This document shows positions 38,501 to 52,862 of a stretch of DNA of 64,000 nucleotides, piece by piece. A model generated the notes under the pieces. The model searched no databases. It was not told where the DNA came from and saw only the letters and a list, made by a program, of their open reading frames with translations. The stretch comes from Adineta vaga (lineage: Eukaryota; Animalia; Rotifera): NCBI GenBank assembly GCA_021613535.1, contig CP075495.1, positions 3,410,001 through 3,474,000 on the forward strand, read 5' to 3'. The position numbers and the translations under genes were made by a program. Position 1 is the first letter of the stretch. Each line of letters opens with the position of its first letter.

Positions 38501-38840
38501 TGGCATTTCAAGACAGGTATCTAGAAGATGATTTTGTGCTTCTTTAGTCTTTCTTATTTAATAGTTACCCAGAAAAAAAAAGGAAAACTAGAAAGGGCAT
38601 GAAGGAAAGATCATGGTCAGAGAAAACAAACGGAATTTATCATCAGCGAGGGGGAGAGAGAGAGACAGAAAAAAGAAAACGACAGTAACAAGGGAGAAAG
38701 AGAGAAGATAATCAGACCGGAAAAGAAATATAAACGATGCCATATAGATCAGCATCGTTGTCTTTTCTCATTATTCATTTATGATAAAAATAAATACATC
38801 TTCTTTTTTTTGCTAATGATCGTTTAGGTTCAACGAAAAA

Positions 38841-41800
38841 ATGTTACATTTTTTCTTCACATTATTTCTTTTATTCATATCTTCAACATTATCATCACGT
38901 TTAAAATATCGTGCGAGTGTTAAAGAAAATGCTGATTTATATTATACAATAACTACACTTGATAAAATGATATCTGTTAATTATCATCAATCGATGGAAT
39001 TTCTGAATTTAAATTCTCCATATACAACATATTTTCTTGTTGATGGACAAAAATTACGTACGAGTCGTTTAATTGATCGTGAAGAATTTTGTCGGATTAA
39101 ATTATGTGAAAATTCTTTATGTCATCCATGTGAAATTGAAATGGATTTTGTTTTAAAAGAAAATGGTCAACCACGTGATATTATTTCTCTTATATTAACT
39201 GTCGAAGATGTGAATGAATATCGTCCAGAATTTCTAGATGGTTCTTCCAATGGTCAACTTATTCAATTAAATATTAGTGAAGGCGTGCCTGGTATGTATG
39301 TTTGTTACACAACGGATGACCTTTAATGTATGAGTTGCTGACATTCTAGAAGCTAATTGGAGAGTCTGTGACGGACGGTTTCAGCGGATTTTCTTTTTTT
39401 TCTTCTTATTCTCATCTAAATAGCTTACGAGTCTCATTATGGAAGCAGATGTCTATTTCATCCTCTGTTTCTCTTAGTTGGACACGTGTTACCCATTCCA
39501 AGTGCTACAGATAAAGATGGTGAAGATGATGACCTTGTTTATTGGCTTGAAAAAACGAACAAAATTCCATTTGAACTTGTTTCATTTGGTTCAAATCAAA
39601 TTGGTAAAAGAAAACTAAGCCTCTTTTTCTTTCTATCTCTGACTTGATTGTATCTTCTAGCTTTGAATGTAACTGACCCATTGGATCGTGAGACACGCGA
39701 TTTCTATGAACTTAAATTAACTGCATGTGATCGAGGAAATCTTACATCAACAATACCAATACATATATCTATTAGTGATATTAATGATAATGTACCTTTC
39801 TTCGATCAACAAACTCCTTATAATATAACAATATCAGAAAATACACTTCCATCATTGACGAAATCATTACTACGTATTCATGCAATTGATAATGATTCCA
39901 ATGAAAATGGTCGTATTACTTATCATTTCAGTTCTCAAGTATCAGAAATCATTCGTCAAACATTTCAATTAAATTCTCAAACAGGAGAATTATTTCTTCT
40001 TCAATCTCTTGATTATGAACAATATAAAGATTATCGTATTCAAGTAACTGCACAAGATTCTGGTCCTGTTTCAGTTCCTGTTTATACTCTGATTATAATT
40101 AATATTGAAGATGAAAATGATAACGCTCCAATTATGAATATACGTGTATCTGAATATTTTCATTTAATTAATAATACATTATATATTAGTGAACGAACAT
40201 CGATAAATACTTTATTAATGCACATTATTGTTCAAGATTTTGATTCTAATTTGAATGGAAAAGTGAACTGTCGAATTGAACCATCGGAACCGAAATTAAA
40301 TTTAACAAATACTATTCATAATATGTTTGCTGTGTATACTAGTCAAGTATTTGATCGTGAAGAACGATCAAATTATTCAATTCGTATTATTCTTGAAGAT
40401 AATGGTTTAAAAAATCGTCATCAAACAGTACGTGAACTTCAATTAATCATCAATGATATCAATGATTCACCTCCCATATTTTCTCAACCATTTTATAATA
40501 TTTCTATTCAAGAAGAAGAAGATTATTTTCAAGCAATCATACAAATCCATGCTTCTGATGCAGATCTTGATGAAAATAGTCAATTATCTTATGAAATGAT
40601 TTCAAATGAATACAAGCATTTATTTTCTATCAATGAAAGTTCAGGTGAAGTTTTTCTTCTAAGAAAATTAAATCGAGAATTCCAAGCTGATTATAATTTA
40701 ACAATACATGTACATGATCATGGTACATATCCATCACAATTATCAACCAATGTTTCTCTTTATATCAATGTCTTGAATAAAAATGAATATTCACCAGAAT
40801 TTCAACAACAAAAATATATTTTTCCAGATATTGATGAAAATCTTCCGATAAATTCATCGATTGGTTTTGTTAAAGCAACTGATCGTGATGATAATTTAAT
40901 TCATTATTTCATGACATCAGCTGATTTGATGATTGATACGTTGACAGGAGAAATTTTTGTACGTAAACAACTTGATTATGATACAAGCCCTTGTATTAAC
41001 ACTATCGTTACTGCTAAAGATCAAGGTGATTTAAGTTCGACATGTCAAGTAGAAATTTGTCTAAATCCAATTAACGAATATTCACCTGAATTTCAACTAA
41101 CAACGCATCCAATTCATATCAATATAGATAATACAAGTTTTATACATTTAAATGCAAGTGATCGTGATCGTTCACCATCAAGTGCTATTTCATTTCATTA
41201 TGGACAAGTATCAAATTGTAATTTTACATTTACTCACTTATTATCGAATGGAACTATTTATTTCAATTTAAAAGAACAGTGTACGGGTGTAGTCAATCTT
41301 CCAATATCTATTAGTGATAATGATCAATATCCATCAGCAAAAATAACCAATAAAACGATTCAATTCATACTTTATTCAAATGATAAATCATTGAAAAGTA
41401 TTCTTTCTAGTTCATCACTATGGAAAGATTCCTATGGAAAATTTCAAGATTTATCTTTTAAAAATCTCACAAGAGAAATGATTATTACAATTATTGTTAT
41501 TACTATTTTAATTTCACTTTCATTAATTGTATGTTTAATCGTTTGTATTTCATATCGAAGAACAAAATTAATCAAACAAAAATCAAAACAAAATAAATTA
41601 CTTGTTAAACAATCACCATCACCATTAATAAATTCATCACAAAAACGCCTTACTCTTCTCTCTTCGTCATCAAGAGCAAGTAAAGATCGGATCTGTTTCA
41701 CTGAGGTAAGTTATTCCTGATTAGCTCCGATTTCAAAGTCATGATTTTACTCATTAGAAAATTGAGAATGATTGTATGAATATGAGAATATAAAAAGAAT

Positions 41801-43062
41801 CATGTTTGAAAATATAGATGTGTGTGTGTGCAATCAACTATACGTGTCTTATTACATGATTAGAAACCTTCGGATTCTTTTTTTTCTTCTCTACTTCTCT
41901 ACTATATAACATTATAATCATCGTATAAAATAAGCAACAGAAGTTTTATATACCGTATAGGAAGTATACATGATACATGTATATAAAAACAACATATTTT
42001 AAATAGAATATCTTAGAGGCTTCTGAGAAGAATAAGAAGAAATCTTATTCAATCAGTAATGATATATATCGAAAAATATATAAGAATGCGATACGATATA
42101 ACATCTAAATGGTTGCTTTAACCTTGAACTGGATGAGAAGCACTTGAGTCAATAGAGTGTAAGAAATAAGTTCAATTGAACATTAGTCCGATTTTACTCC
42201 GCCTACCTAATATGTTGATATGTAAGATGATAAATAAATGAGAGACAGAGTGAGAGAGAAAACGTTTGAACAAAAGATGATCGTATCTCATGTTTCATTC
42301 TACCAGACAGACACAAACATTCATATCTTTTCATATAAACGAAATGCACGTGCCAAATGGAGCCTTCCATTTATTCATTTACTAATTCAAGATAGAATAG
42401 AAAGTCAATCTGCTAAATGGGATTCATTCATTCATTCATTTATTTTAGAATCATTGTTTACTCAGTGATGGTAGTCTTACAAATGGTAAGTACTATTCTT
42501 TGTCATTTTTTCATTTGGAAACTAATTGATCATTTGTCTAGATATAAATACGAATAGTCCCTATTCAAAACTACAACAATCGATTAAAACAGCAGGCAAT
42601 AGTGATACAGGTTCATCATATAATGATTCTTGCTATGGATCATCAGAAATGGACGTATGTCATCATCATCAGTCAACAGGAAATAAATTAGTCAAACAAG
42701 ACATATCTATCACAACACCAACAACGGAAGCGAATGGCAAAATTCTCTTGTCATCTAATGAAAATTATATCATTCTCTGTCAAGATAGTAGTACGAACAG
42801 TGATGAGACAAACCCATCAGCTTCCATCTCCTCCTCTTCATCTTCTCCAACTGCTAATAATAACAGTCTAATAACAACATGTCAACCAAATAGACGGCCT
42901 GGAACAACACAACAATATCGAACACAATTAAAATCAACTCTCGACCAATCAAATAAGAATTTAGAATTCTTTCGAAATGATGATGAATATCGAAAAGTAC
43001 TCGGTTCAACAACATCATTCAATTGTCGAAATATTACACCCATGAACGAATATTATCTTTAG
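38841..43062 (+). CDS. Protocadherin (delta-like; about 7 cadherin repeats, TM helix, cytoplasmic tail); multi-exon including a 37-nt exon 42449-42485
   Basis: Signal peptide, IDREEFC EC1 motif, repeated LDRE/LDYE and DxNDNxP motifs, TM helix IITIIVITILISLSLIVCLIVCI, and tail motif NSDTGSSYNDSCYGSSE. Confidence 0.92.
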
Positions 43063-46000
43063 TAACAGATGTCATACACATGTTTCTTTTTTTATTCTCT
43101 CTGCCGGTGATTGAAATATGCCGAATGTCTATAAACCTTTGAAGATGATGATGATGATGATCTATATCCTGCTGTTTTCTACAAAAAAGTGCCATTTTTC
43201 TAGCTTAAGAATAAATTAACATTTCTTTTCTTTTCTTCTCATTTTTTAATCTATGTCTCTTGATGATAATCTTTATTTGTTTGTCGATATGTATTTGTGT
43301 GTGTGTCAGATACAATCGAGCTTTTATGTTTTTCTTTCATTCGATTTTTTTCTCTTCTTTAATTCTTGTACATTTGTTTTTCTATCATTTATTGGAATGA
43401 TAAATGATGATTGAAAAGAAAGAAAAAGAAAAAGAAGACATAAAAGATGTAGATTTTTCATTAACATTTCAAATGTAACAATTGGTTGTTTTACTACTTT
43501 ATCAAAATAGAAAAACGTATTTCCGTTCTCTCTCTTTTTTTTTGAGGTATCAATGTGAATTGTTACATCATCAGATTGAGTATGTGTACGTATGCTGCTT
43601 AAGTTAAATCAATATGATTTCTATGTATACACGTTCATTTCCTCGGGGAAAAAAGAAATATGAGTATAGGCATATAAGAAGTCTGTTAAATGACCATAAA
43701 CAACTTTTACTCTCTTTCATTTCTTTTCTCTTCTAATGACCTGTCCAAAGAACATTCCAAGGTTATTACCTACACATATCAAGAATCTCTATGGAATATA
43801 TTGCCTTTATTTTATTGGCACAGCGCTAATTTGATCGTTCTCTAGAAAAGATCATTGCTCAATACTCATCAATCATTAATATGCATATGTGTCACCATTA
43901 TTTCTAACGTACACAAAGATGTGTGTGATTTTGCCCTTTTCATTTGGCAGATATAGCTACTTTCAGTGTCATTGTGGCAATGAATTATATTGAAAAGGTC
44001 GACGATTTATTTATCAATCGACTTTTCTTTTTCTTATGTACAGCTTATCTTCTTTGTTAAACTTTATTTGACAGGTTGGATAGTAGAATTAAAGTCTCAT
44101 CCGTTTTATTCTTTTTAGTAATGCATAATCAGGTAATATAGACAGATCATTCAAAATAACGAGTTATGCAAAATATGTTTAGATGAATGTGACGTTCGAT
44201 TAAGATATGTGGCGCGTCATATATCATTCGAGACATATACTGTCTGCTATTATCAATGAACAAATAGGGTGTCTAGTTAACACCACCACCTCGAGCGACT
44301 ACTATAACCAATAATTACACTTTATATACATATATGTATATGATGGACATGGTATTGGAGTGCCTAAGTATAAGTGTGAAAAGTAGTGGTCTTGGCAGCA
44401 TCATCCACTTGAAAGTCATCACATTCTTACTGACAGGCTCTTCACTTTCGTCACCTAATGCCCTATAGTTATTTATAGAATCAAGAAAAACGTGAAAAGC
44501 GGCTTTCTTTTTCTCATTATCAATATTGCTTACGGTGTGTGTGTCTACCTGATGCTTTTTCATAAATCCCCTTACTCTCTCTCTTTCTCGTTCACTTCAT
44601 ACACACACACACACACGTATATATGATGTATAATCTTATCAATTAATCAATTATAAGGATTAAAACTTCTTGTTATTGTCATCTAATCTTTGATTAGATT
44701 AGAATTGGATCGGTAATCTTTCGGCAGTGACTTCCAGCAGAGATAAAAAAAAAGTAATGAACCTAGATACAAAAATGGAAACATCATGATGTAAGGAAGC
44801 ACTCTCGCATGTTTTTTACATAATGGATAAATGCTGATATATACACATACAATTGAATCAAATTCTCATTTTTTCTTCTCTGTCATCTACATTACCATCA
44901 TGTTAGTGACTTTTCCATTTATTTAATAAACGAAAAGAGAAGGAAAAAACGGCGAGCAATGCAGAGAAACTATTCGTCCTGAGGACATATTAGTTTTCTT
45001 TTGTTAGTTAAAAGAAAGATTCGGATGTGGTCAGTACACTTAAAAGTGCTATCTTTTTCCATTGTCAACGGAAATGTTTTACACCTCCTTGTGATTAGAT
45101 GAAAAAGTTTTGTCGATTCTATTGTAAATGACTTGCGTGATGGACATTTACGTAACATAAGGAAGCGCTATCCTTTATGTCTACGAATGCATTTGATGAG
45201 TTAAACGAGTCACTGTATGTATGCACGAATATGTGTACATACATATGGATGTCTACAACCACGCCCAGTTTAATCATAGTTATTAAATAGATGATTTATG
45301 AAAACGAATCGATTCATCATGTCACATACATTCATATACATACAAATACAGTAGTGAAATTTCTTTTTTGCTAGTTATTCTACTTGTCAATCAGAATTTC
45401 AAGAGCTTCATAGTGGTCACTTATAGAATTGACATTAATCTGTGCTCGACGAGCACTTTGAAGCAACAAATTCATTCATACATTGTATCTCAATGTGGTT
45501 TCTTTTAATTTATCTACATTCATTCACATAGATGATTTCGTACCATATTTCTTGTTCAATATGAAACTATGTATATCTAACTAAGATAAGATATTGAACT
45601 CATACTCAAATGTCATTCAGAAAGGCTAATTATAAGCACTGTTTGATACTACTGTAATACAACTAATTGTATGTAGTAGTATCCAAGAGTCAGTAGGCAT
45701 TAAAAACAAACATACAACACACCAGTTGTTCGAACCACAAGAGATGCCGATCAAATGATGTGTACGCGTGCAATGATGATAATAATAATGATACAGTAGA
45801 GAACTATAGTCGGTGAACTTTTGTATCATGTTTTGTTCATGCACGCATGCACATATCATTCTTCGGCATTCGTTAGAAAACGAATCGATAACATCAATCA
45901 ATGCGTGGCAATTAGCTACGATCATCATCGATACACACATATGTATGTCGTCTCTAATTGTACACATGCTCAAATATGGAATCTAATATAAAGATAATTG

Positions 46001-46199
46001 AGTTGTTTCATGAACATGGCTTGCAACATTCTATGAAACTTAATAGAAAATAGGAATTTCTCAATCATTCACAATACAAAATCTATTTGTTCACTAGATA
46101 ACCTATTATTTTATTCGAATTACCATCGATCACACGCACAAAATACTTGACATCACAGAAAAAGAACATATACTATACAGATTGTCAAAATATTTCTAT

Positions 46200-48965
46200 C
46201 TATTTTGCTCGCGCTTTTTTCGCAGCAGGTTTTGCTGCACGTTTCTTTGCCATTTTAATCATTGCATCATCTTCAATATCATCATCTTCACCATTAACAA
46301 TCTTCTCTTCATTTCCATCACCTTCTTCATCTTCATTGTCATCGCCATCTTCACCATCATCAAAATTTCCTTTGGATTTTTTCAATTTTTTCATATCAAT
46401 AACAGCATATGGTGTTCGATGGTTTGTTTTATTATAAATACGTGTTAATGAAGATTTCGTTTGTGTATCAAGTTGATCATATGGATTTCGACCTGTCTTT
46501 CCCCATGTATTTAATTCCATAATTGTTTGAAAATCATCTCGATTAAGATAATATTCATCGAGTAATGCAATACATTGTTCGACACCTTGTTGTTGTAATT
46601 TTTGTAAAGGTTGAATGAAGATTCGAGCTAAATATGACAAATAATCGAGATTAAATTGTTGTTTATTTGCCGATGCTATTTTCAAACAAATATGTTTTTC
46701 AATTTCATTTAATAATCGTTCATTTTTATTTGTACGAGAACGTTGACCAAAAAATGAAGAAAAATTAACCATACCACGAAGATGACCACGAACATAGGAA
46801 CATGGCGCAACTGTAGCAAATATTCCCTAAAAAGCAATTCGTTTGGAAAGATCAAGCTTTCACTTTTGTAACTAATGAAGAATAGATCAGTGAAACATAC
46901 CTGATATGGTAATAATGACCAACTTTCATTTCTTGCATAGATCATATGTGAGCATACATCACCAATACACATATTTTCGGCAGCTTTCGATAATAAAGTT
47001 AAATGTTGAAGATCAGTTACTTTTCGTTTTTGATTATCGGAATTTGATAATGTTGGAAGACATTGTAAATAATTTTCTTGAATTAATAATGGCATTAATT
47101 GATAATCATAGAAAAAGATTTCTAATTTGTCAGATAAAGATTTCTGACGTAATTCATCAGAAAATGATAGTCGACATAATTCAAATGGATTATTATTTAC
47201 TGCTTTATTAATCATTGAAGCTGCCTTAGTATTTGTTTCACCTTCAATTGCCCATAAATTTAATGAATGAAGTGTTTGACGAATATCTTGATTACATGAT
47301 TTGATAATTTCATCTAATGTTTCTTGTTTTATTTGATGAATATTTTCTCGATGAAGAACAGTTAACATTGCACCACGAATTTGTTGAATTGTTGGTCGAT
47401 AAAATCGTAAATCATAACAATAATTAGCTAATGAACGTATTTTCTTATGTTGTCGATCATTACAAATACAAATAATTGGTATACGAGATCGTTTAATAAG
47501 TAAAATTAATTCCTGAATACCACCACGATCTTCATTACCAGCGACACCATCAACTTCATCCATAATTAAAACACAATTTGACATCTTAGATTTCGTAGCA
47601 AATGATGCTACACTATGAGAATCATTAGACATAGTAGCAACTAACTTTTTTGAACGCTGATCAGATGCATTCTTTTCAATATATTCAAAATTTAATTGTT
47701 CACAGACAAGTTGAGCTGCTGTTGTTTTACCTAAAAGACATATAAAAGAAATAAATTTCGAATCAAGTAAAAATAACTAGATACTAACCAATGCCAGGTG
47801 GACCACTAAGTAATGCAGCTTTGAATAGAGCTGGATCTTCATTACGATTGAATCCATTCGATGGTTTAGCTTTGATTTTTTCATCACTACGTCCATGATG
47901 TGTATACCAATCGCGTAACCAAACCGTTAATTTCTGAACACAAGACTTTTCACCTTGTTGTCCGATGAGATTTTTAATCGTACGAGGTTTATATTTATCA
48001 GCCCCTAGAAAAATTCTTTCGAAGAAATATTCAATTTTCTTTTTCTTTTTGTAATGAATAGCGTACACATGAGTGTTGATTCATCAACTGATAGGTTTGG
48101 TGTCGTAGGTGAATCATTTGTTGGTGTTGGAGGAGTTGCAAGACTTGTCTTTGCTTTGTCCACATCATTCTTAGTAATCAGAGTAGTTGGTTTTAATTTA
48201 ACAGGCGATGCAGGTGGAGGTGGATGTGATGTTGGAATTGATTGTTTTTTCGGTGTAATATCATCACCTGGACGTGTTGCAATCATTTCGAGAAGATCAT
48301 CTTCAGATATGATTTTTACTTTTAAATCTCGAGCTTTTTCCTGTTTAGATTCACCACCATCACGACCAACAATAAGATAATTCGTTTTACTACTAATTGA
48401 TCCTGTTACTCGACCACCATATTTTTCTACTAAAGTTTTACACTCATCACGTTCTAATGATTCAAGTATACCTAAAATATATAATAATGATATGATTCGT
48501 TAGAACAGTTTTGTTTTCGTCATATCAATCTCACCTGAAATAACAAAAGTTAAATTTTTAAGACAATTTGGTGCACCATCTGGAATTGGTTTCGAACCGG
48601 GAGCATCAGCACCACCGCGATTCATAAATGTTTTATAATTTTCCACACGTCGTTGCTTCTCTAGTGGATCTACTTCTTTTGTTTTCAGTTTTTTCTTCGG
48701 TGTTATACTATCAGATTTGACTACAATTGGCATATTCTCATCGGTTGCTTCTTTTTTGGTTTTAATTGGTTTTGGACCAGCTTTCGGTATGAAAGCATCA
48801 TCTTCTTCATCTTCAATTTCAATCTCTTCTCGAACTCGCTATAAGAATTAAAAGATAAATATAAAGAAAATTGTTTAATTTTCTTCTTCTTGTTCATCAT
48901 ACTTTTTGAGTATTTGATGGTGATGAAGCAGAACCTTTTTTGAAAAAATTCCGAATATCAGCCAT
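46200..48965 (-). CDS. RFC1: Replication factor C subunit 1 (BRCT + AAA+); multi-exon
   Basis: MADIRNFF start, BRCT NCLKNLTFVISG|ILESLER...YGGRVTGSISSKTNYLIVG, Walker A LLSGPPGIG|KT, NASDQRSK, LIMDEVDGVAGNEDRGG, PIICICND, C-terminal KSSLTRIYNK. Confidence 0.96.
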
Positions 48966-49512
48966 TTTGTTATCCGTGTAAATAGATATGTTCTAGACTA
49001 CAATTGAGAATCGAATGAGAATAATCGTTTAGAAAGAGACTTTGTGAACAGAAAGACAAATAGAAATAACCAATCGAGATATATATAATCGATACATAGA
49101 TATTTATTCTTTAACATATAAAAATAATAATGCGTCAAGTGAGTTTTACATGGCTGCAAATTAAATAAATCGCTCATTATTCTATGACTTCTTACAAACT
49201 ATTCAAGTCAATTCAAGAGAAGAATAACATTAATCTTTCATATCTTTCCTGAAATGATATTATAACTAATTCAATAGAAGATGTGTATTCCAACTAATAG
49301 CGTCATCTGGCAAGTTTTACTACTTATTGCTTTGTATAGGTGAATCACAAGAATATGATTACATCATATTGATTTTGCTACTAGAGCGATAAAATGATTT
49401 GAAAAAAATGAATTGCTTTTGATATATTTATATATATTTCCTTCAATCATTGTTTGCTATTACAAATTGTATTAAGTGTGTGTATTTTATACTATTTCAG
49501 TATTTTGTTCAT

Positions 49513-49821
49513 ATGGCAACTAGTAATAGTAGTGGATCGTACGCTTCATGTGATTTTGAAATTTTTGGGACTGTTCAAGGTGTTTTCTTTCGTAAATATA
49601 CTCAACAACAAGCAACAAAATTAAAACTTGTTGGTTGGGTTAAAAATGCTGCTAGTGGGTCTGTTCAAGGACATATGGAAGGTCGAAAGGAAGATATTGA
49701 TAAAATGAAAAGTTGGCTCCGAACAACGGGTAGTCCAAAATCGAAAATTACCAAAGCCGATTTTGCCAATGAAAAGACAATCACAGAATTAACTGGAAAA
49801 TCATTTGATGTAAATAAATAA
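49513..49821 (+). CDS. ACYP: Acylphosphatase
   Basis: CDFEIFGTVQGVFFRKYT...LVGWVKN...GSVQG...WLRTTGSPKSKI. Confidence 0.95.
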   Translation: MATSNSSGSYASCDFEIFGTVQGVFFRKYTQQQATKLKLVGWVKNAASGSVQGHMEGRKEDIDKMKSWLRTTGSPKSKITKADFANEKTITELTGKSFDVNK

Positions 49822-50165
49822 ATGAAACAAACAATCTCAAATGTTCACTTCCGTCCAATCGTGTGTTTTACGTTCACATATGAGAATAAATTTATATCTT
49901 CTATATAGTAGTTTTTGACCTATTGTATTTATGTAAAACAAATATTACTCCAAAATACTATTTGTTCGATCTAGAAAAAGATAACCTTTGCTGTTGTATT
50001 TAAAACTCTTATTTGAAGATATGATGTCTTCTGAAAATAACTTATCTAAACTACATCGACATCTATAAAAAAAGAAGACCAGATTGATATCAACATCATC
50101 ATTACTGTCAGAATATCTTTACTTGAGTATTTTTATTTTTATTTCAGAAAGATATATAGAACAAA

Positions 50166-52321
50166 ATGCCTTCATCAAGTTCAAAATCGAATGTTTCCTA
50201 TGCTGTGCTAGGTACTGGCGCTTTAGCAGCAACATATGCAGGTGTGCGTGCATACAAATCAAGTGTTCCAAATAAACATGACGATGGTATTGATGTAAAT
50301 AATCAATCGATTGAAATTGATCCTGTCGAACATATTCGTCGTTGTACATTCTATAAAGATGTTGATATTTATTCTTATTATAAAAACATTTTCCCTAAGG
50401 TACAATTATTAGGTGATGTCTTTTATAGTGGTTATTCATCCTCAAATAATGGACCATGTGTGTCAAATGTTGATCTATCAAATAAAACCTCACCATTTCA
50501 TTGGATTTCATATGCAATGGCATTAGAAAGAATCCGTTACATTGGTTCACATCTATGGACGGATGTTCAACTCATTCCAATGCAATCGAAAGTTGCAATT
50601 ATATCTTTAAATCGTGCTGAATATTCATTTGTTGAATATGCTTGTTATATGTATGGTTTTATTGTTGTTTCTCTCTATACAAGTTATGATGCAGAAACGG
50701 TTTTATCCATATTAGACCGAACAAATACTGAAGTTCTTATTGTTGATAATATAGATCGTATTCAACCGTATAAAACTCAAATCTTACAAAATTCACGTGT
50801 TAAACAAATTCTTGTCATGGATGAAGTAACAAATATTGAACATGAAAAAATTCAAATAATTCCGACGATTTTAAAATCTATGCAACAAAGAGATGTTCGT
50901 CCATTACCTAAAATTGATCCTGAATGTACTGCTACATTTATTTTAACTAGTGGAACAACAGGTATGAGAAAATATACTTAATCATTGATTTAAATTATAT
51001 GTTGTTTAGGTGAACCAAAACTTGCAATGTTATCACATACAAATATGTTATCTACTACAAAATCCATTCTTGATCGACGTCAACGTGGAAAACTAAATCC
51101 TTCTTCTACTCATCGACATTGTTCATTTTTACCGTTAGCACATTTATACGAACGTATAATATTATTAGTAAACTTTATTGAAGGTTCCCAAGTTGCCTAT
51201 TGTCCAGTGCCAGAGAAAGTTTTTGATTATTACGCTATTATTAAACCAACGGGTGCATCGACAGTACCAAGAATTTTAAATAAAGTCTATGATACAATAA
51301 TGACTGAAGTAAATAAAAGTAAAATCAAACGATTTCTTATCAATCAAGCATTACATAATGAAAAACCTTCTCTATTTTCACGATTTATTTTTCGTAAAGT
51401 ACGAAATCTTTTTGGTGGAGAACTGACTGTGATGGTAACTGGATCAGCACCTATTACACATGAAGTTTTACATTTCTTTCGTATAGCACTCGATATACCG
51501 ATTATCGAAGCCTATGGTCAAACAGAATCAAGTGCATCAGCAACAACAACACATGCGACTGATTTATCATGTGGAATGGTTGGCTCACCTGTTGCCGTTG
51601 TCGAAATTAAACTTATAGATGTGCCTGGAACAAATTATCGTAGTGATAATAATCAAGGAGAAATTTGTCTTCGAGGACCCTGTGTTTTTAAAGGTAAATT
51701 TTATATCATGAAACTATTTTAATTAGAGAAAATTTTCTCATTGTAGGTTACTATGGTGATGAGAAGAAAACGCGTGAAACTATTGATGAAGGTGGTTGGC
51801 TCCATACAGGTGATGTTGGTGAATGGACATCAACTGGTACATTACGAGTTATTGATCGAACAAAACATATTTTTAAATTAAATCAAGGTGAATATATTGC
51901 ACCTGAACGTCTTGAAGATATTTATGTTCGTTCACGATGGATTGCTCAAATATTTATTGATGGTTTATCTACAGAATCAACGGTTGTTGGTATTGTTATT
52001 CCAGATGAAGAATATATTCGAGAAAAATTTCCAAGTAAAAAATCATTTGAAGAATTATGTAAAGATGAAAAATTAAAAGAAGCTATTTTCAATGATTTAC
52101 AACGATTAGCAAAAGAATATAAATTTAAATATTATGAAACTATAAGTAATATACATCTTCATCCTGAACAATTTTCTCAAGAAAATGGTTTGATTACATC
52201 TACTTTAAAAACTCGACGAACAGCCGTTCGACAATATTTTCAAAATATCATTCAATCCCTCTATGATCTTGGTAATAAAACGACAAAGCCGATTATTACT
52301 GAACTACAATCGAAATTATAA
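50166..52321 (+). CDS. ACSL: Long-chain fatty acyl-CoA synthetase (ACSL1/5/6-like); 3 exons
   Basis: TSGTTG|EPK, SFLPLAHLYER, TGSAP, EAYGQTE, GEICLRGPCVFKG|YY, GWLHTGDVG, IDRTKHIFKLNQGEYIAPE, ENGLITSTLK. Confidence 0.95.
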
Positions 52322-52445
52322 ATAGATGAGTTGTTTTGTTTTTTCTAATTCAATGTGATAGTTTAAATTACTAATTATCTTATGTGAAATAAAGAAGAAA
52401 AAGAATTTTTATTCTCAGTAAAAGAAATTAGAACTTGTCGTTATA

Positions 52446-52862
52446 TTATTTTTCCGGTTGTGTTGATTGTGAAGGTAAATTGATTTTCTGTATTGCAATG
52501 ACTCGTATACCATCTTTGGGTGCAACAACCATCACTTCTTTCTGTTTTGTACGAAGACGAAGTGAAACTAAATTATCCGTTGGACAAATATCACGGATAG
52601 CTGATCGAGCCATTTCTGCAAACGCAAGTAATTTTGGAGTTATTATAAATGTGACATTATTATCTAATGATGTATAATGAAGTTGACCTTCTTCATTAGT
52701 TAAAATGACGCCTTCAACGCCCCGATAAGTCGATAATCTTCTTAAAGTCGCTTCTTCAGCAGGTAATAAACCTATATAAGAGAGAGAGAAAGAGAAACAA
52801 AAATTAGGAAATAACGTTCATTATCTTTTTCTCAAAGAATTTCTACCAGCTGAATTATCCAT
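52446..52862 (-). CDS. DYNLRB: Dynein light chain roadblock-type (Roadblock/LC7), divergent paralog; 2 exons; not in ORF track
   Basis: MDNSAG|LLPAEEATLRRLSTYRGVEGVILTNEEG...ARSAIRDICPTDNLVSLRLRTKQKEVMVVAPKDGIRVIAIQ. Confidence 0.88.
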
